The notes: a model not told the origin generated them from the sequence alone. 64,000 nt of DNA from an uncultured candidate division Zixibacteria bacterium (GCA_963801605.1 CAWDFP010000006.1:1472001-1536000); one strand, 5' to 3'; shown: positions 19,542 through 37,746, numbered from the stretch's first letter. Numbers and translations are program-made.

Positions 19542-19739
19542 ATGTTTGACAAGGTAAAGAAATTTTTCAATGACGTTTACGTCGAGCTTCAAAAAGTGGC
19601 CTGGCCGTCCCGCGAGGAGCTAATGGGTTCCACCGCGGTCGTCATAATTATGTCTGTCATTATGGCGGCATTTGTCGGCGTCGTCGACAAAACGCTTAAT
19701 ATGATCGTTAATATAATGCTGAAGCTCGCGGGAAGTTAA
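19542..19739 (+). CDS. secE: Preprotein translocase subunit SecE
   Basis: 'ELQKVAWPSREE' plus one transmembrane helix; synteny. Confidence 0.95.
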   Translation: MFDKVKKFFNDVYVELQKVAWPSREELMGSTAVVIIMSVIMAAFVGVVDKTLNMIVNIMLKLAGS

Positions 19740-19751
19740 TTTAAGGATATT

Positions 19752-20282
19752 ATGGCAAAAAAATGGTATGTAGCCCATACGTATTCGGGGCATGAAAACA
19801 AGGCGAGGAAGTACCTGGAATCCGCTGCCGAGGCTGAGGGGCTGAAAGAGCAGTTCGGTCAGATATTAGTGCCTACCGAGGAGATCGTGGAAATGCGCCA
19901 GGGGAAGCGCTCCACCTCGGTTAAAAAATTCCTGCCCAGCTACATCTTAATTGAAATGGAGCTCAACAAAGAGACTCAACACCTTGTTACCTCTACTCCC
20001 GGTATTACGAATTTCGTCGGTGCCTCCGGCAAACCGGTGGCCCTTCGCGAAAATGAAGTTAAGCGTATTCTGGCTCAAATAGATCGATCCAAGAACCGCG
20101 ATGTTCTGGATATTCCCTATAAGATCGGTGAGGCGGTTAAGGTCGTGGATGGTCCGTTTTCCGATTTTGCGGGGACTGTTAGCGAAGTCAATCCTGAGAA
20201 ACGTAAACTCAAAGTCATGGTTTCTATTTTCGGACGTCCTACCCCGGTTGAGCTCGATTATCTTCAGGTAAAAAGTCTTTAG
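19752..20282 (+). CDS. nusG: Transcription termination/antitermination factor NusG
   Basis: '[11 protein letters not shown]', KOW 'DGPF', '[10 protein letters not shown]'. Confidence 0.98.
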   Translation: MAKKWYVAHTYSGHENKARKYLESAAEAEGLKEQFGQILVPTEEIVEMRQGKRSTSVKKFLPSYILIEMELNKETQHLVTSTPGITNFVGASGKPVALRENEVKRILAQIDRSKNRDVLDIPYKIGEAVKVVDGPFSDFAGTVSEVNPEKRKLKVMVSIFGRPTPVELDYLQVKSL

Positions 20283-20305
20283 GAATATTTTTTCAAGGAG
20301 TTCTT

Positions 20306-20734
20306 GTGGCCAAGAAAGTTGTTGGCATGGTTAAATTGCAGATTACGGCTGGTAACGCCACACCTGCCCCGCCGGTTGGACCGGCTCTGGGACAACAGGG
20401 CGTTAACATCATGGAATTCTGCAAACAGTTTAATAGCCGGACTCAATCTCAAGCCGGATTGATTATTCCGGTGGTAATCACGATTTACCAGGATAAGTCG
20501 TTTACCTTTATCACTAAAACACCGCCCGCGGCCGTGCTGCTTAAAAAAGCGGCCAAGCTCGAAAAAGGCTCCGGCGAACCTAACAGAAACAAAGTCGGCA
20601 TGGTGACTCGTTCTCAGGTTAAGGAGATTGCCAAACTGAAAATGCCCGATCTCAACGCCATGGACCTCGATATGGCCGAAAGCATGGTTGCCGGTACCGC
20701 TCGCAGCATGGGTATTGACGTAATCGAAGGGTAA
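20306..20734 (+). CDS. rplK: 50S ribosomal protein L11
   Basis: '[10 protein letters not shown]', 'KMPDLNA', 'GTARSMG'. Confidence 0.98.
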   Translation: MAKKVVGMVKLQITAGNATPAPPVGPALGQQGVNIMEFCKQFNSRTQSQAGLIIPVVITIYQDKSFTFITKTPPAAVLLKKAAKLEKGSGEPNRNKVGMVTRSQVKEIAKLKMPDLNAMDLDMAESMVAGTARSMGIDVIEG

Positions 20735-20852
20735 TGTTTACGGGGCAAATGTAGATTAGGTAAAACTGTTAGGAACAAATAGGGGATTAATTAGTATTTT
20801 TTTATACCATTAAGTTGGGTCGCTATGGGGAGACCCTGAGAGTAAGGAGTAT

Positions 20853-21554
20853 ATGAAACGAGGAAAAAACTATAAGGTAGCTGCCGACAAGCTTGAGGCA
20901 GGCAAAGCCTATACCCTGGGTGATGCTGTTGCGCTTATCAGGCAGATGCCGCGCGCCAAATTCGATGAAACACTCGAAGCGGCTGTGCGCTTGGGAGTAG
21001 ATCCCAAGAAGGCTGATCAGATGGTTCGGGGTACAACCGTATTGCCGCACGGAACAGGCAAAACTGTCAAAGTGCTGGTGCTGACCAAAGGCGAAAAAGC
21101 CAAAGAAGCCCAGGATGCCGGAGCCGATATGGTTGGCGCTGAGGATTACGTTGAGAAAATTCAGGGCGGATGGGCTGATGTTGATGTCATCATCGCCACC
21201 CCCGATATGATGGGCCAGGTTGGCAAGCTGGGTAAAATCCTGGGTCCCAAAAAGCTCATGCCAAATCCCAAATCGGGCACCGTCACTATGGATATCGCTA
21301 AAGCCATCAAGGCGGTTAAGGCGGGCAAGATAGAATATCGCGTCGATAAAACCGGAAATATTCAGGCCGGATTGGGCAAGGTATCATTTTCCGATGAGGC
21401 GCTTGTGGAAAATGCCAGAACATTTTTTACCGCGATCATGAAAGCCAAGCCGTCGACAGCCAAGGGCACTTATTTGAGGAGCGCAACTTTATGCTCTACT
21501 ATGGGCCCCGGTATCAAACTGGACGTTAATGAAATAAGCGCGTTGGGCAAGTAA
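20853..21554 (+). CDS. rplA: 50S ribosomal protein L1
   Basis: 'AKFDET', 'LPHGTGK', '[10 protein letters not shown]', 'STMGPG'. Confidence 0.98.
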   Translation: MKRGKNYKVAADKLEAGKAYTLGDAVALIRQMPRAKFDETLEAAVRLGVDPKKADQMVRGTTVLPHGTGKTVKVLVLTKGEKAKEAQDAGADMVGAEDYVEKIQGGWADVDVIIATPDMMGQVGKLGKILGPKKLMPNPKSGTVTMDIAKAIKAVKAGKIEYRVDKTGNIQAGLGKVSFSDEALVENARTFFTAIMKAKPSTAKGTYLRSATLCSTMGPGIKLDVNEISALGK

Positions 21555-21567
21555 AGGCAGGATTAAA

Positions 21568-22086
21568 GTGGATAAAAAGCAAAAAGAACAGGAATTGGCC
21601 AGCTTAAAAGAGAAGATGGCGTTAGCCAATCAGATCGTAGTGGCCGATCACACCGGTATCAATGTGGCCGACTTGACCCTTCTGCGCCGTAAGCTTAGAG
21701 AAGCCAAAAGCGAGTTTCGGGTTACAAAAAATACGTTGCTTAAACTGGCCATTAAAGACACCGATCTCAAGGATCTCGAAAAACACTTCAGCGGTCCGAC
21801 TGCGATCATTTTCGGTTATGATGATCCCTCGGTTCCGGCTAAGATCGTTTACGATTCCATCAAAGAGTCTGAAAAACCAAGGTTTAAGGCTTATTTCCTG
21901 AATGGCAAGGTCTATGGAATCGATACCCTCAAGAAGATCGCCGAACTCCCGCCGAAACCTATAGTCCAGGCAATCTTGATCGGTACTCTTCAGGGACCCA
22001 TCGTACAGTTCATTATGGTATTAGAGGCCGCATCCAGAGAATTTATTGGAACCCTGGACGCCTTGGCCAAGAAAAAAGCGGAATAA
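21568..22086 (+). CDS. rplJ: 50S ribosomal protein L10
   Basis: 'LRRKLR', 'VTKNTL', 'GPTAI'; synteny. Confidence 0.96.
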   Translation: MDKKQKEQELASLKEKMALANQIVVADHTGINVADLTLLRRKLREAKSEFRVTKNTLLKLAIKDTDLKDLEKHFSGPTAIIFGYDDPSVPAKIVYDSIKESEKPRFKAYFLNGKVYGIDTLKKIAELPPKPIVQAILIGTLQGPIVQFIMVLEAASREFIGTLDALAKKKAE

Positions 22087-22092
22087 CGGATA

Positions 22093-22200
22093 TCGGTCTC
22101 AACGGAGCTTCTAAGCCGTCTTGGGAAGGACGGTTTCCGACATGAGATCGAAATGTAAATATTGAATTTGAAACAATAAACAATTCGGCGTTTTGCCGAA
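22093..22200 (+). promoter_or_regulatory. Structured rplJ-rplL intergenic RNA: long stem with a GGGA tetraloop plus a second hairpin
   Basis: TCGGTCTCA/TGAGATCGA, CGGA/TCCG, AGCCGTCTT-GGGA-AGGACGGTT, then TTCGGC-gtttt-GCCGAA. Confidence 0.5.
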
Positions 22201-22219
22201 TCAAGCGAGGTAATACGAA

Positions 22220-22603
22220 ATGAGTGACAAGATTCAACAAGCATTTGATATCATCAAAGAGATGACCGTGGTCGAGCTTTCCGATCTATCCAAGAAAATG
22301 CAGGAAGAGTTTGGCGTTACCCCGGCTGCTGCCGCGCCCGTTATGATGGCTGGCGGCGGTGCCGCTGGTGGAGCCGCAGTTGCTGAAGAAAAGACCGATT
22401 TTGACGTAGTGCTCGAAAATGCCGGCGCCAAAAAGATTCAGGTCATCAAAGTCGTCCGTGAGCTCACCAATCTCGGCTTGAAGGAAGCCAAGGATTTGGT
22501 AGAGGGTGCTCCCAAGGCTGTTAAAGAGGGTGTTCCTCGTGAAGAGGCAGAGGCGGCCAAGGCCAAGTTGGAGGAAGCCGGAGCGACCATTATACTTAAG
22601 TAA
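22220..22603 (+). CDS. rplL: 50S ribosomal protein L7/L12
   Basis: 'EEKTDFDV', '[11 protein letters not shown]'. Confidence 0.98.
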   Translation: MSDKIQQAFDIIKEMTVVELSDLSKKMQEEFGVTPAAAAPVMMAGGGAAGGAAVAEEKTDFDVVLENAGAKKIQVIKVVRELTNLGLKEAKDLVEGAPKAVKEGVPREEAEAAKAKLEEAGATIILK

Positions 22604-22669
22604 AACGACCCCATCGGGTTCTTATATTTTATAAACCGCGGGGATTATCTATTTCCGCAGGAGGTTTTT

Positions 22670-26451
<3,782 letters not shown>

Positions 26452-26493
26452 TTAACGGTTCCTTTTGGAGCCATTTAAGATAAGGAGACTTTC

Positions 26494-29400
26494 GTGGTCG
26501 ATCCTTTTGCAAAAAACCAAAGAAAACCTTCGGACTTTCAGGCGATGAGAATAAAAATCGCCTCTCCGGAGGTTATTAAATCCTGGTCTTACGGCGAGGT
26601 TACCAAACCGGAAACGATCAATTATCGCAGTTTTAAGCCGGAGAAAGACGGCCTCTTCTGCGAGAGAATTTTCGGCCCTGTCAAAGATTGGGAATGCAAT
26701 TGCGGAAAATATAAGAGAATCCGTTTCCGCGGTATCGTCTGCGATCGTTGCGGAGTGGAAGTTACCCAGTCAAAGGTGCGCCGGGAAAGAATGGGCCATA
26801 TCGATCTGGCGGTTCCGGTAACTCATATCTGGTTTTCTCATTCGCTTCCGTCCCGTATCGGTTATTTGCTCGATCTCACTGTCAGAGAGCTGGAGCGGAT
26901 TATCTACTACCAGTCTTATATTGTTATCGATCCGGGTAATACCTCGCTTAAGAAGATGGAAATCATCTCTGAAGATCAATACTACGAACTGGAAGAAGGC
27001 GGAAAACAGTTTATCGCCAAGATGGGCGCCGAGGCAATCCGCGACTTGTTGCGCGGCTTGGATATCGAGGAATTGGCTGTATCATTACGCGCTCAGGTTA
27101 AAGTTGAGACCTCCGTTCAAAGAAAAAAGGACACTCTTAAGCGCCTCCGCGTTATCGAGGCCTTTCGTCAATCGCAAAATAAACCGGAGTGGATGGTTCT
27201 TGAGGTAATTCCGGTTATTCCGCCTGATCTTCGTCCTCTGGTGCCGCTCGAGGGTGGACGTTTTGCCACCTCCGATCTCAACGACCTTTATAGAAGGGTG
27301 ATAAATAGAAATAACAGGCTCAAAAAGCTGATCGAAATAAAGGCTCCCGAAGTAATCTTGAGAAACGAAAAAAGAATGCTTCAGGAGGCAGTTGACGCCC
27401 TCTTTGATAACGGTCGCAGATCTCGTTCTGTTCGAGGCGATTCCAAACGCCCGCTCAAATCGCTCTCCGATCTTCTCAAAGGCAAGCAGGGCAGATTCCG
27501 CCAAAACTTGTTGGGCAAGAGAGTTGATTATTCCGGCCGTTCGGTAATCGTGGTTGGTCCGGAGCTTAAGCTCAATCAGTGCGGCCTGCCGAAGAATATG
27601 GCTCTGGAGCTTTTCAAGCCGTTTATCATCCACAAGCTTGAGGAGAAGGGTTTTGTTCAAACCGTAAAATCTGCCAAGAGACTGGTGGAGCGGGAGAGAC
27701 CTGAAGTTTGGGATATTCTCGAAGAGATCATTAAGGACCATCCGGTACTTCTCAACCGTGCTCCGACTCTGCACCTTCTGGGTATTCAGGCGTTTTACCC
27801 GGTGCTGGTTGAAGGTAAAGCCATCAGACTGCATCCTCTGGTCTGCGCCGCCTTCAACGCCGACTTTGACGGTGACCAGATGGCAGTTCACGTGCCGTTA
27901 TCTTTCGAAGCCCAGCTCGAAGCTCGCATTTTGATGCTTGCCACCAGCAATCTGCTCCAGCCTTCGTCCGGCAAACCAATAGCAATCCCATCGCAGGATA
28001 TGGTTATCGGTTGCTACTACCTGACCAAGGAGAGGAAAAGCGATAAAGAAATCGGACTTGTGGTAAGAGGCGAGGGTATGGTCTTCGGCTCGGCCGACGA
28101 TGTAGTTTATGCTTATTCGGTTGAAGCCATAGACCTTCATGCTCCGATCAAGCTCATAATTCCGGGACGCAAAAAACCGCTTGAGACTACTGTTGGACGT
28201 GTTATTTTCAATCAGATAATTCCCAAAGAGCTTGGTTACTTCAACAAAGTTGCTTCCAAAGGTGAACTTGAAAAATTAGTTTCCGAGGCTCACAGGCTTT
28301 TGGGAAATGATGTTACCGCCGTGTTTTTGGATAATCTTAAAAATATCGGTTTTGAATATGCCACCAAAGGCGGTGTCACCGTGGGTATCGATGATATCTT
28401 AGTTCCTCCTGAAAAAGAGAAACTCATCAAAGAGGCCAACGATGAAATTAAGCGCATTCATAAACAGTATGATAAAGGCGCTATCACCAATGGTGAACGT
28501 TACAATAAGGTCATCGATACCTGGACTCGTACCACTAACGAGGTCGCTCGCGCTCTCTTTGACAGAATCGCCAAAGTCGACCAGGGATTCAATCCGGTTT
28601 ACATGATGGCCGATTCCGGCGCTCGTGGTTCGAGAGACCAGGTCAGTCAGTTGGCCGGTATGCGCGGTTTGATGGCCAAACCCCAAAAGAGAATGACCGG
28701 TCAAATCGGTGAAATTATCGAGTCGCCAATTACCGCCAACTTCCGCGAGGGGTTGACTGTGTTGGAGTACTTCATCTCAACGCACGGCGCCAGAAAAGGT
28801 CTGGCCGATACCGCTCTGAAAACCGCCGACGCCGGTTACCTGACCCGCCGTTTGGTTGACGTGGCGCAGGATGTCATCATCAATGAAATAGATTGTGGCA
28901 CGATTCTGGGCCTCGATATCGGAGCCTTGAAAGAGGGCGAGGAAATTATCGAGCCGCTCCGCGACCGTATTTTGGGACGTGTAGCCCTGACAGATATTTA
29001 CAATCCGATGAATAACGACGAAATAATCGTCGAAGCCGGACGAGAAATCGATGAGGCCGCCGCCACGGCTATCGAGGAATCCGGTGTTGATAAAGTGCCG
29101 ATTCGCTCAGTTTTAACCTGCGAATCACGCCGCGGAGTCTGCGAAAAATGCTATGGACGAAATCTCGGTACCGGCCGTATGGTGAACCTGGGCGAGGCAG
29201 TGGGCGTTATAGCCGCTCAATCGATCGGCGAGCCGGGCACTCAGCTTACTCTTAGAACCTTCCACATCGGCGGTACGGCGGCAGTTATATCGGAACAGTC
29301 CAAGATTACCGCTAAGGCTTCCGGTAAGGTCGTAATAACCAAGGTTAAAAGCGTGCCTGTCGAGGGAACGAACGATCATATCGCTGTCTCTCGTGATGGC

Positions 29401-30585
29401 GAACTCGAAGTCGTTGATGATGAAGGAAAAACCAGGCATCGCTCCAGCATTCCTTACGGTTGTGTCCTCAAGGTTCGTGCTGGTCAGATGGTTGAAAAGG
29501 ATGATATCCTCTTCGAATGGGATCCGCATACCAATACGATCCTGACCGAAAAATCAGGAACTATCGAATATGTGGATATTATCGAAAACGTCACCTACCG
29601 CGAGGAACTCGATGAATCCACCGGCCTTTCTGCCAGGGTTATCATCGAGCAGCGCGAGAAGGCCCTTCGTCCGCATATCGCCATTATCGATCCGAAAGGC
29701 AAGAGGCTTGCCAATTACTCGATTCCCACCGGCGCTCACCTCTCAGTGAAAGATGGCGATGAAATCAAAGCCGGCCAGATGCTGGTTAAGATTCCGCGCG
29801 AGATTTATAAAACCAAGGATATCACCGGCGGTTTGCCCAGAGTGGCTGAATTGTTCGAGGCTCGTCATCCCAAGGATCCGGCCGTAGTATCGGAAATCGA
29901 TGGCACCATCGAATACGGTAAAATTGTCAGAGGCAATCAGCAGATTCTCGTTCACGGCGAACATGGCGAGAGCAAAGAATACCTTGTCCCGCACGGCAAG
30001 CACATGTTGATTCATGATACAGATCAGATTCTGGCAGGCGACAGGCTTTGCGAGGGTCCGATCGATCCTCATGATATTTTGCGTATCAAAGGCTCCGAGG
30101 CTGTCCAGGGATATCTGGTTAACGAAATCCAGGGAGTCTATCGGTTACAGGGCGTGAAGATTAACGATAAGCATATCGAGGTCATCGTGCGCCAGGTACT
30201 GCAGAAAGTCCGCATCCTGGATCCCGGCGATACCAATTTCCTTGAAGGCGAACAGGCCGATAAGATTCGCGTCGTCGATGAAAATAACCGCGTGATTCAA
30301 GAGGGCGGCAACCCGGCCACCTACGATCCTCTCTTGCTGGGTATTACCAAGGCTTCGCTCTCTACCGATAGCTTTATTTCGGCGGCCTCATTCCAGGAAA
30401 CTACCAGGGTATTGACCGAGGCTTCTATCAACGGCAAGATCGATGGTCTGCTGGGATTGAAGGAAAACGTCATCATCGGCAGACTGATTCCGGCTGGAAC
30501 CGGCCTCGAATATTACAATAGCGTCGACGTTGTAGAGGAAGAAGAGCCCGAGACAACTGAGAAAAAGATAGAAACGGTTGGATGA
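26494..30585 (+). CDS. rpoC: RNA polymerase beta' subunit
   Basis: Catalytic 'NADFDGD', zinc-finger cysteines, 'GEPGTQLT'. Confidence 0.99.
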   Translation: MVDPFAKNQRKPSDFQAMRIKIASPEVIKSWSYGEVTKPETINYRSFKPEKDGLFCERIFGPVKDWECNCGKYKRIRFRGIVCDRCGVEVTQSKVRRERMGHIDLAVPVTHIWFSHSLPSRIGYLLDLTVRELERIIYYQSYIVIDPGNTSLKKMEIISEDQYYELEEGGKQFIAKMGAEAIRDLLRGLDIEELAVSLRAQVKVETSVQRKKDTLKRLRVIEAFRQSQNKPEWMVLEVIPVIPPDLRPLVPLEGGRFATSDLNDLYRRVINRNNRLKKLIEIKAPEVILRNEKRMLQEAVDALFDNGRRSRSVRGDSKRPLKSLSDLLKGKQGRFRQNLLGKRVDYSGRSVIVVGPELKLNQCGLPKNMALELFKPFIIHKLEEKGFVQTVKSAKRLVERERPEVWDILEEIIKDHPVLLNRAPTLHLLGIQAFYPVLVEGKAIRLHPLVCAAFNADFDGDQMAVHVPLSFEAQLEARILMLATSNLLQPSSGKPIAIPSQDMVIGCYYLTKERKSDKEIGLVVRGEGMVFGSADDVVYAYSVEAIDLHAPIKLIIPGRKKPLETTVGRVIFNQIIPKELGYFNKVASKGELEKLVSEAHRLLGNDVTAVFLDNLKNIGFEYATKGGVTVGIDDILVPPEKEKLIKEANDEIKRIHKQYDKGAITNGERYNKVIDTWTRTTNEVARALFDRIAKVDQGFNPVYMMADSGARGSRDQVSQLAGMRGLMAKPQKRMTGQIGEIIESPITANFREGLTVLEYFISTHGARKGLADTALKTADAGYLTRRLVDVAQDVIINEIDCGTILGLDIGALKEGEEIIEPLRDRILGRVALTDIYNPMNNDEIIVEAGREIDEAAATAIEESGVDKVPIRSVLTCESRRGVCEKCYGRNLGTGRMVNLGEAVGVIAAQSIGEPGTQLTLRTFHIGGTAAVISEQSKITAKASGKVVITKVKSVPVEGTNDHIAVSRDGELEVVDDEGKTRHRSSIPYGCVLKVRAGQMVEKDDILFEWDPHTNTILTEKSGTIEYVDIIENVTYREELDESTGLSARVIIEQREKALRPHIAIIDPKGKRLANYSIPTGAHLSVKDGDEIKAGQMLVKIPREIYKTKDITGGLPRVAELFEARHPKDPAVVSEIDGTIEYGKIVRGNQQILVHGEHGESKEYLVPHGKHMLIHDTDQILAGDRLCEGPIDPHDILRIKGSEAVQGYLVNEIQGVYRLQGVKINDKHIEVIVRQVLQKVRILDPGDTNFLEGEQADKIRVVDENNRVIQEGGNPATYDPLLLGITKASLSTDSFISAASFQETTRVLTEASINGKIDGLLGLKENVIIGRLIPAGTGLEYYNSVDVVEEEEPETTEKKIETVG

Positions 30586-30592
30586 AAAGGGC

Positions 30593-30620
30593 TTGACAAA
30601 AGGAAATTTAAGAATATTTT
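30593..30620 (+). promoter_or_regulatory. Promoter of the str operon
   Basis: TTGACA-16 nt-TATTTT upstream of rpsL. Confidence 0.55.
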
Positions 30621-30653
30621 AGTAGTCTGTATTTTTTTAGAACGGGAGGTTGT

Positions 30654-31028
30654 TTGCCAACGATCAATCAATTGATCAGGATAGGTCGAAAGAAAGTCAC
30701 TGAAAAACCGAAGACGCCGGCTCTGGGGAGCAGCCCTCAAAAAAGAGGAGTCTGCACCAGAGTGTATACTTCAACTCCGAAGAAGCCGAATTCCGCGTTA
30801 CGCAAAGTTGCGCGCGTCAGGCTGACCAACGGCATCGAGGTTACTTCATATATACCTGGTGAAGGACATAACCTCCAGGAACACTCTATCGTTCTAATCA
30901 GGGGCGGAAGAGTTAAGGACCTGCCCGGTGTGCGCTATCACATCATCAGAGGGACATTAGACACGGCAGGTGTCGCCGACCGTAAGAAGAGTAGATCGAA
31001 ATATGGGGTCAAGAGGCCCAGAAAATAG
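30654..31028 (+). CDS. rpsL: 30S ribosomal protein S12
   Basis: '[10 protein letters not shown]', 'RVKDLPGV'. Confidence 0.99.
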   Translation: MPTINQLIRIGRKKVTEKPKTPALGSSPQKRGVCTRVYTSTPKKPNSALRKVARVRLTNGIEVTSYIPGEGHNLQEHSIVLIRGGRVKDLPGVRYHIIRGTLDTAGVADRKKSRSKYGVKRPRK

Positions 31029-31040
31029 TTCGAGGTTGCT

Positions 31041-31511
31041 TTGCCGAGAAGAAAGAGAATAATTAAAAAAGAGAGGGTGCCCGACCAGCGTTTTGGTTCA
31101 CCCGTAGTGACGCAGTTTATCAACGGTTTAATGCGCCGCGGTAAGAAATCGACCGCCGAGGGAATCTTCTATGATGCCGTCGAATCAGTTGGTCAGAAAA
31201 CCGGCCAGATCGGCATCGAGGTTTTCCAGAAAGCGCTTAACAATGTTAAGCCCATGCTCGAAGTAAGATCCCGCCGGGTCGGTGGCGCCAACTATCAGAT
31301 TCCGGTCGAGGTTAGACCGGCCAGACGAACCGCGTTGGCGATTCGCTGGATGATAGGTTATGCCAAGAGCCGTCCCGAGCGCACTATGGCCGAAAAACTG
31401 GCGACCGAAATTATTGCAGCCTCTCGCAATGAAGGCGCGGCCATCAAGAAAAAAGAAGACACTCACAAGATGGCTGAGGCGAACAAGGCGTTCGCTCATT
31501 TTAGATGGTAG
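31041..31511 (+). CDS. rpsG: 30S ribosomal protein S7
   Basis: '[11 protein letters not shown]', '[13 protein letters not shown]'. Confidence 0.99.
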   Translation: MPRRKRIIKKERVPDQRFGSPVVTQFINGLMRRGKKSTAEGIFYDAVESVGQKTGQIGIEVFQKALNNVKPMLEVRSRRVGGANYQIPVEVRPARRTALAIRWMIGYAKSRPERTMAEKLATEIIAASRNEGAAIKKKEDTHKMAEANKAFAHFRW

Positions 31512-31640
31512 GTTTTTAGACGAGGATTTAATCTTTTGAGGATCTTAGAGACTCAAAAATAACCGAAAAGCAGGGTAGATCCGCTACCGCGGGTGCCTGG
31601 CTTTTCGGGCGCCAATTTAGATAAGGTAGTGGATTTTTTT

Positions 31641-33740
31641 ATGTCAATGGATAGGCAATTAGAACAAACTCGTAATATCGGAATCATGGCTCATATCGAC
31701 GCCGGTAAGACCACGACCACCGAGCGTATTTTGTTCTATTCGGGTAAAGTCCACCGCATCGGCGAAGTCGATGACGGCGCTGCTACGATGGACTGGATGG
31801 AGCAGGAGAAAGAGCGTGGTATTACTATCACGTCCGCGGCTACTACCATCTTCTGGAACGATACCCGCATCAACATCATTGACACCCCCGGTCACGTCGA
31901 TTTCACAATGGAAGTCGAACGGTCGCTCAGGGTGCTCGATGGCGCTATTGCCTTATTCTGCTCGGTCGGCGGTGTCGAACCGCAATCCGAAACGGTTTGG
32001 AGACAGGCCGACAAATATCATGTCCCTCGAATCGCCTATATCAATAAAATGGATCGTACCGGTGCTGACTTTTTCGGCGCCGTTGAAATGATGAAAAAGA
32101 GACTGGGTGCCAACGCCGTTCCCATCCAGATACCCTTGGGTCAGGGCGAATTATTCACGGGCGTAATCGATCTCATTACAATGACCGCTCGTATCTATAG
32201 CGATGATACCCAGGGCGTAACTTTCGCCGATGGCCCGATTCCATACAGTCTCTATGATAATGCCCAGGAAAAACGCGAAAAGCTTTTGGAGAATCTCTCG
32301 GATTACGATGATCAACTCCTTACGAAGTTCGTCAATAACGAACCCATCGAACCCGAGGAAATTAAGATTGCCGTCCGCCAGGCCGTACTCGATATGAAAA
32401 TCACTCCCGTGCTGTGTGGTACGTCCTTTAAGAACAAGGGTGTCCAGGCGCTTCTGGATGCTATCGTTGATTTTCTGCCGTCGCCGCTTGATCTTCCGCC
32501 TGTCAAAGGTAAAGACCCGATAACCGGCGAGGAAATTGAGCGCCAACCCTCAGTTGATGAGCCTCTGGCGGCTCTGGTCTTTAAGCTGATGAGCGATCCC
32601 TATGTTGGAAAGCTTTCTTATGCTCGGTTATATTCCGGCGTACTTAAGGCCGGCCAGACCGTCTATAATCCGACCAATCAGAGACGGGAGAGAATTAGCC
32701 GTATCTTAGCTATGCATGCCAACAAGCGCGCCGATCTCAAGGAAGCTCAAGCCGGAGATATTGTCGCTCTTGTAGGATTAAAGAGCACGCCGACCGGCAA
32801 CACCATTTGCGATGAAGATCATCCCATTATACTAGAGCAGATGACTTTCCCCAGCCCGGTTATTTATGTGGCTATTGAGCCTAAGACCAAAGCCGATCAG
32901 GATAAGCTTTCGGAAGCCCTTAACAGGCTGACCGATGAGGACCCAACTTTCCAGGTCCGTACTGATACCGAAACCGGGCAAACCATCATTTCCGGTATGG
33001 GAGAGCTCCATCTCGATATTTTAGTTGATAGAATGAAACGCGAATTCAACGTAGCCGCTAATGTTGGCAAGCCGCAGGTTGCCTATCGCGAAACCATTAC
33101 GTCCAGCGCCGAGGCCGAGGGCAAATTTGTGCGTCAAACTGGCGGACACGGTCAATATGGTCACGTCAAAGTCAGAGTCTCTTCGAATGGACAGGGCAAG
33201 GGCTTCGAATTCGTCGATCGCACCAAAGGCGGCACAATTCCCCAGGAATTCATCCAGCCTGTGGCGCAGGGAGCCAGGGAAGCGCTTGAAAATGGCGTCC
33301 TGGCTGGTTATCCGATGGTCGATGTTAAAGTTGAACTTCTTGACGGTTCTTATCACGAGGTTGATTCCTCAGAATTAGCATTTAGAATCGCTGGTTCGAT
33401 AGCAGTTCAGGAAGGCGCCCGCAAGGCTTCTCCAACCGTTCTTGAACCTATCATGGATGTTGAAGTTGTCATGCCTGAAGAATATATGGGTGATGTTATT
33501 GGCGATCTCAATTCCCGGCGTGGTAAGATTGCCGGCATGGTGCACAGACCTGACGCTATTGTCGTTGCTGCTCAGGCGCCGCTCTCGGAAATGTTTGGTT
33601 ATGCCACAAATTTGCGCTCTCTTTCGCAGGGCCGGGCAGTATATTCGATGCAATTTTCGCATTACGCGCCTATTCCAGATAACCTTCAGGATGATCTGGT
33701 CAAGCAGGTGCGCGGCGTGCTTATCGGGCAAAGAAGATAA
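31641..33740 (+). CDS. fusA: Elongation factor G
   Basis: 'AHIDAGKTT', 'DTPGHVDF', 'GMGELHL'; start taken at ATG 31641. Confidence 0.98.
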   Translation: MSMDRQLEQTRNIGIMAHIDAGKTTTTERILFYSGKVHRIGEVDDGAATMDWMEQEKERGITITSAATTIFWNDTRINIIDTPGHVDFTMEVERSLRVLDGAIALFCSVGGVEPQSETVWRQADKYHVPRIAYINKMDRTGADFFGAVEMMKKRLGANAVPIQIPLGQGELFTGVIDLITMTARIYSDDTQGVTFADGPIPYSLYDNAQEKREKLLENLSDYDDQLLTKFVNNEPIEPEEIKIAVRQAVLDMKITPVLCGTSFKNKGVQALLDAIVDFLPSPLDLPPVKGKDPITGEEIERQPSVDEPLAALVFKLMSDPYVGKLSYARLYSGVLKAGQTVYNPTNQRRERISRILAMHANKRADLKEAQAGDIVALVGLKSTPTGNTICDEDHPIILEQMTFPSPVIYVAIEPKTKADQDKLSEALNRLTDEDPTFQVRTDTETGQTIISGMGELHLDILVDRMKREFNVAANVGKPQVAYRETITSSAEAEGKFVRQTGGHGQYGHVKVRVSSNGQGKGFEFVDRTKGGTIPQEFIQPVAQGAREALENGVLAGYPMVDVKVELLDGSYHEVDSSELAFRIAGSIAVQEGARKASPTVLEPIMDVEVVMPEEYMGDVIGDLNSRRGKIAGMVHRPDAIVVAAQAPLSEMFGYATNLRSLSQGRAVYSMQFSHYAPIPDNLQDDLVKQVRGVLIGQRR

Positions 33741-33776
33741 GAATAATTTTAATGATTTTGACGGAGAGGACATTCG

Positions 33777-34988
<1,212 letters not shown>

Positions 34989-35007
34989 CAGAAGGCGGGT
35001 TTTAGTT

Positions 35008-35316
35008 ATGCAGGGACAAAAAATAAGAATCAGGCTCAAAGCTTATGACCATGCTGCGTTGGACCGCTCGGCCAAAGAAATTGTTCGAACAGTTACGCGC
35101 ACCGGGGCCAAGATTTCAGGACCTGTTCCACTGCCTACCAAAAAGACGGTGTACACCGTTCTCAGATCGCCTCACGTCGACAAGAAATCCCGTGAACAGT
35201 TCGAGATGCGAATTCATAAGCGTTTAATAGACATTTATGAATCCAGCCAGCAAACAATCGATTCCTTAATGCGACTTGATTTGCCGGCAGGGGTTGACGT
35301 AGAGATAAAAGTTTAA
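35008..35316 (+). CDS. rpsJ: 30S ribosomal protein S10
   Basis: 'IRIRLKAYD', '[14 protein letters not shown]'. Confidence 0.99.
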   Translation: MQGQKIRIRLKAYDHAALDRSAKEIVRTVTRTGAKISGPVPLPTKKTVYTVLRSPHVDKKSREQFEMRIHKRLIDIYESSQQTIDSLMRLDLPAGVDVEIKV

Positions 35317-35342
35317 TATATTGGAAAGTTTTGTGATTTGAT

Positions 35343-35966
35343 ATGAACTCGATCTACGGAAAAAAAATAGGGATGACTCGGATTTTCACCCCTGCGGGAG
35401 ACTCAGTTGGCGTCACTGCCATTGAAATTGAGCCGGTGACCGTGGTGCGCGTGAAAACCAATAAGACCGATGGCTACTCCTCGGCGGTGATATCCTTCGG
35501 CAAGATTAGGCCAACTCTCCTCGCCAAGCCGGTTAAAGGCCAGTTCGAGAAGAATGGTCAGGAGCTAAAGCGTTATTTGCGCGAGCTGCCGCTTGCTGAT
35601 GGCGAGACCTTCGAGAAAGGCTCGAAGATCGGTGTCGATATCTTTAAGCCGGGCGAAATGGTTCACGTCTCGGGCGTTTCTCGCGGTCTGGGTTTCCAGG
35701 GCGCTGTGAGACGGCACCACTTCAAGGGCGGTCCCAAGACGCACGGTCAATCCGACAGAATGAGAGCCCCGGGCTCAGTGGGCGCCTCAAGCTATCCGTC
35801 GCGGACATTTTTGGGTCAGCGTATGGCCGGCCACATGGGCGACGCTGGCGTGACCGTCAAAAATGTTCAGGTTGTAGCTGTCGAACCGGAACAGAACCTG
35901 CTGTTGGTTAGCGGTCCGGTGCCGGGCCATAAGAATGCTCTTGTCTACGTCAGAAAGGCAAGGTAG
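35343..35966 (+). CDS. rplC: 50S ribosomal protein L3
   Basis: 'GKKIGMT', 'GFQG', 'MAGHMG'. Confidence 0.98.
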   Translation: MNSIYGKKIGMTRIFTPAGDSVGVTAIEIEPVTVVRVKTNKTDGYSSAVISFGKIRPTLLAKPVKGQFEKNGQELKRYLRELPLADGETFEKGSKIGVDIFKPGEMVHVSGVSRGLGFQGAVRRHHFKGGPKTHGQSDRMRAPGSVGASSYPSRTFLGQRMAGHMGDAGVTVKNVQVVAVEPEQNLLLVSGPVPGHKNALVYVRKAR

Positions 35967-35970
35967 GAAG

Positions 35971-36603
35971 ATGCCAGAAGTCAAATACATCTCCAAAGAC
36001 GGAACCGAAGCCAAAACCATAACGCTCACAGGTCCGCTTTTTGAAACCGAGCCTAAAGAATATATTCTCCAGGAATACATTAAGGGCTACCAGAAAAATC
36101 AGAGACAGGGCAATTCCTCTACCTTGAATCGTATGCGCATGAAAGGCGGCGGTAAAAAGCCGTTTCGCCAAAAAGGTACTGGTAGGGCCAGGGCGGGCAG
36201 TAACACCTCTCCGCTGTGGACCGGTGGCGCCATTGCTTTTGGGCCAACTCCCAAAGATCATTACACCAGGCTGCCTAAGGGCCTCAAGAGAAACGCGCTT
36301 CTTTCGGCTTTTTCGTTGAGGGTCAAAGAAGGCAATTTGCGTGTGGTTGAGCTTCCTGAGCTAACTGAACCGAAAACCAGAATCGTTGCCGGTTTCCTGA
36401 AGAGCCTCGGCTTGACGAACAAGAAGACCATTCTTTTACACGAGGGAACCAGCGAGCATTTAGCCATCGCTTCGCGCAACATTCCAAACTTCAGTGTTAA
36501 AAGAGCCATGCAGGTTAATCCTTATGATCTTCTGTTTCACGAAAACATTCTCGTGACCGAACAGGGGCTTGAGAAGATAAAGGAGATTTTCAAAAATGGT
36601 TGA
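35971..36603 (+). CDS. rplD: 50S ribosomal protein L4
   Basis: '[14 protein letters not shown]', 'GGAIAFGP'. Confidence 0.97.
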   Translation: MPEVKYISKDGTEAKTITLTGPLFETEPKEYILQEYIKGYQKNQRQGNSSTLNRMRMKGGGKKPFRQKGTGRARAGSNTSPLWTGGAIAFGPTPKDHYTRLPKGLKRNALLSAFSLRVKEGNLRVVELPELTEPKTRIVAGFLKSLGLTNKKTILLHEGTSEHLAIASRNIPNFSVKRAMQVNPYDLLFHENILVTEQGLEKIKEIFKNG

Positions 36604-36887
36604 TGCTGGAAAAATATTGCTGCAGGCTCTTATCTCCGAGAAGGCGACGACTCTTCAGGAACAGGCTAATTGCTACGTTTTCAGAGTGGCCAACGACAGC
36701 CAACAAGCTTCAGATCAAGCAAGCGGTCGAAAAGGCTTTCAATGTCAAGGTCAAAAACGTATCTACTACCAATATCATGGGCAAGAATAAGAAGATGGGT
36801 AGATTCGAAGGCAAGCGTTCCGATTGGAAGAAAGCCTTCGTCTGGCTCAAACCCGACAATAAGATTGAGTTATTTGAAACTGTTTAG
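36596..36887 (+). CDS. rplW: 50S ribosomal protein L23 (+1 frameshift near 36697)
   Basis: 'ISEKA...YVFRVAND' joins '[11 protein letters not shown]...DWKKAFV'. Confidence 0.93.
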
Positions 36888-36899
36888 AGGTTATATACA

Positions 36900-37730
36900 A
36901 TGGGTGTGAGAAAATTTAAACCAGTGACTCCCGGACGGCGCTTTATGACCGTCTCCGATTTCGCGGAGATCACCCATGATGTTCCTGAGAAATCGCTTGT
37001 TCGACCCGTCACGAAATCCGGCGGCAGGGGAAACACCGGCCGCGTTACATCCAGGCATCGCGGCGGCGGCCATAAGAGAGCCTATCGTATCATCGATTTC
37101 AGACGCAGCAAGATCGGTATTCCCGGTCGCGTCGCCTCGATTGAATACGATCCTAATCGCACGGCCAGAATCGCCCTGATTTTTTATGCTGACGGCGAGA
37201 AACGTTATATCATCGCTCCCGAAGGCCTGCAGGTCGATCAGGTCATTTATTCCGGCGGTGTCGAGGATTACGAGATCAAGCCCGGTAATACTATGCCGCT
37301 GTCGAAAATTCCGTTGGGCATGAGTATTCATAATATCGAATTTCGGCCCGGTAAGGGCGGACAGGTAGCTCGGTCTGCTGGTACTATGGCGCAGCTTTTG
37401 GCCAAGGAGGGCGAATTCGCCCACGTCAAGATGCCCTCTGGTGAAGTCCGGCTTTTCAAGCAGGACTGCATGGCTACGATTGGGCAGGTGGGTAATATCG
37501 ATCATGAGAATATTTCTATAGGTAAGGCCGGAAGATCGAGATGGATGGGAATAAAGCCGCACGTCAGAGGCGTGGCTATGAACCCGGTCGATCATCCTAT
37601 GGGCGGCGGCGAAGGCAAGTCGTCGGGCGGCAGACATCCTTGCAGTCCCTGGGGCCAGTTGTCCAAGGGGCTTAAGACCGGCAATCGCAAGAGAGCTGCT
37701 AAACTGATCGTCAAACGGCGCAGCAAGTAG
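36900..37730 (+). CDS. rplB: 50S ribosomal protein L2
   Basis: 'EYDPNR', '[13 protein letters not shown]'. Confidence 0.99.
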   Translation: MGVRKFKPVTPGRRFMTVSDFAEITHDVPEKSLVRPVTKSGGRGNTGRVTSRHRGGGHKRAYRIIDFRRSKIGIPGRVASIEYDPNRTARIALIFYADGEKRYIIAPEGLQVDQVIYSGGVEDYEIKPGNTMPLSKIPLGMSIHNIEFRPGKGGQVARSAGTMAQLLAKEGEFAHVKMPSGEVRLFKQDCMATIGQVGNIDHENISIGKAGRSRWMGIKPHVRGVAMNPVDHPMGGGEGKSSGGRHPCSPWGQLSKGLKTGNRKRAAKLIVKRRSK

Positions 37731-37746
37731 GTTTGGAGGAATTTAT

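Noticed and set aside
20817..20846. L1-binding leader before rplA (GGGTC...GACCC hairpin)
   Set aside because: The position is plausible, but the L1-binding consensus could not be verified by eye
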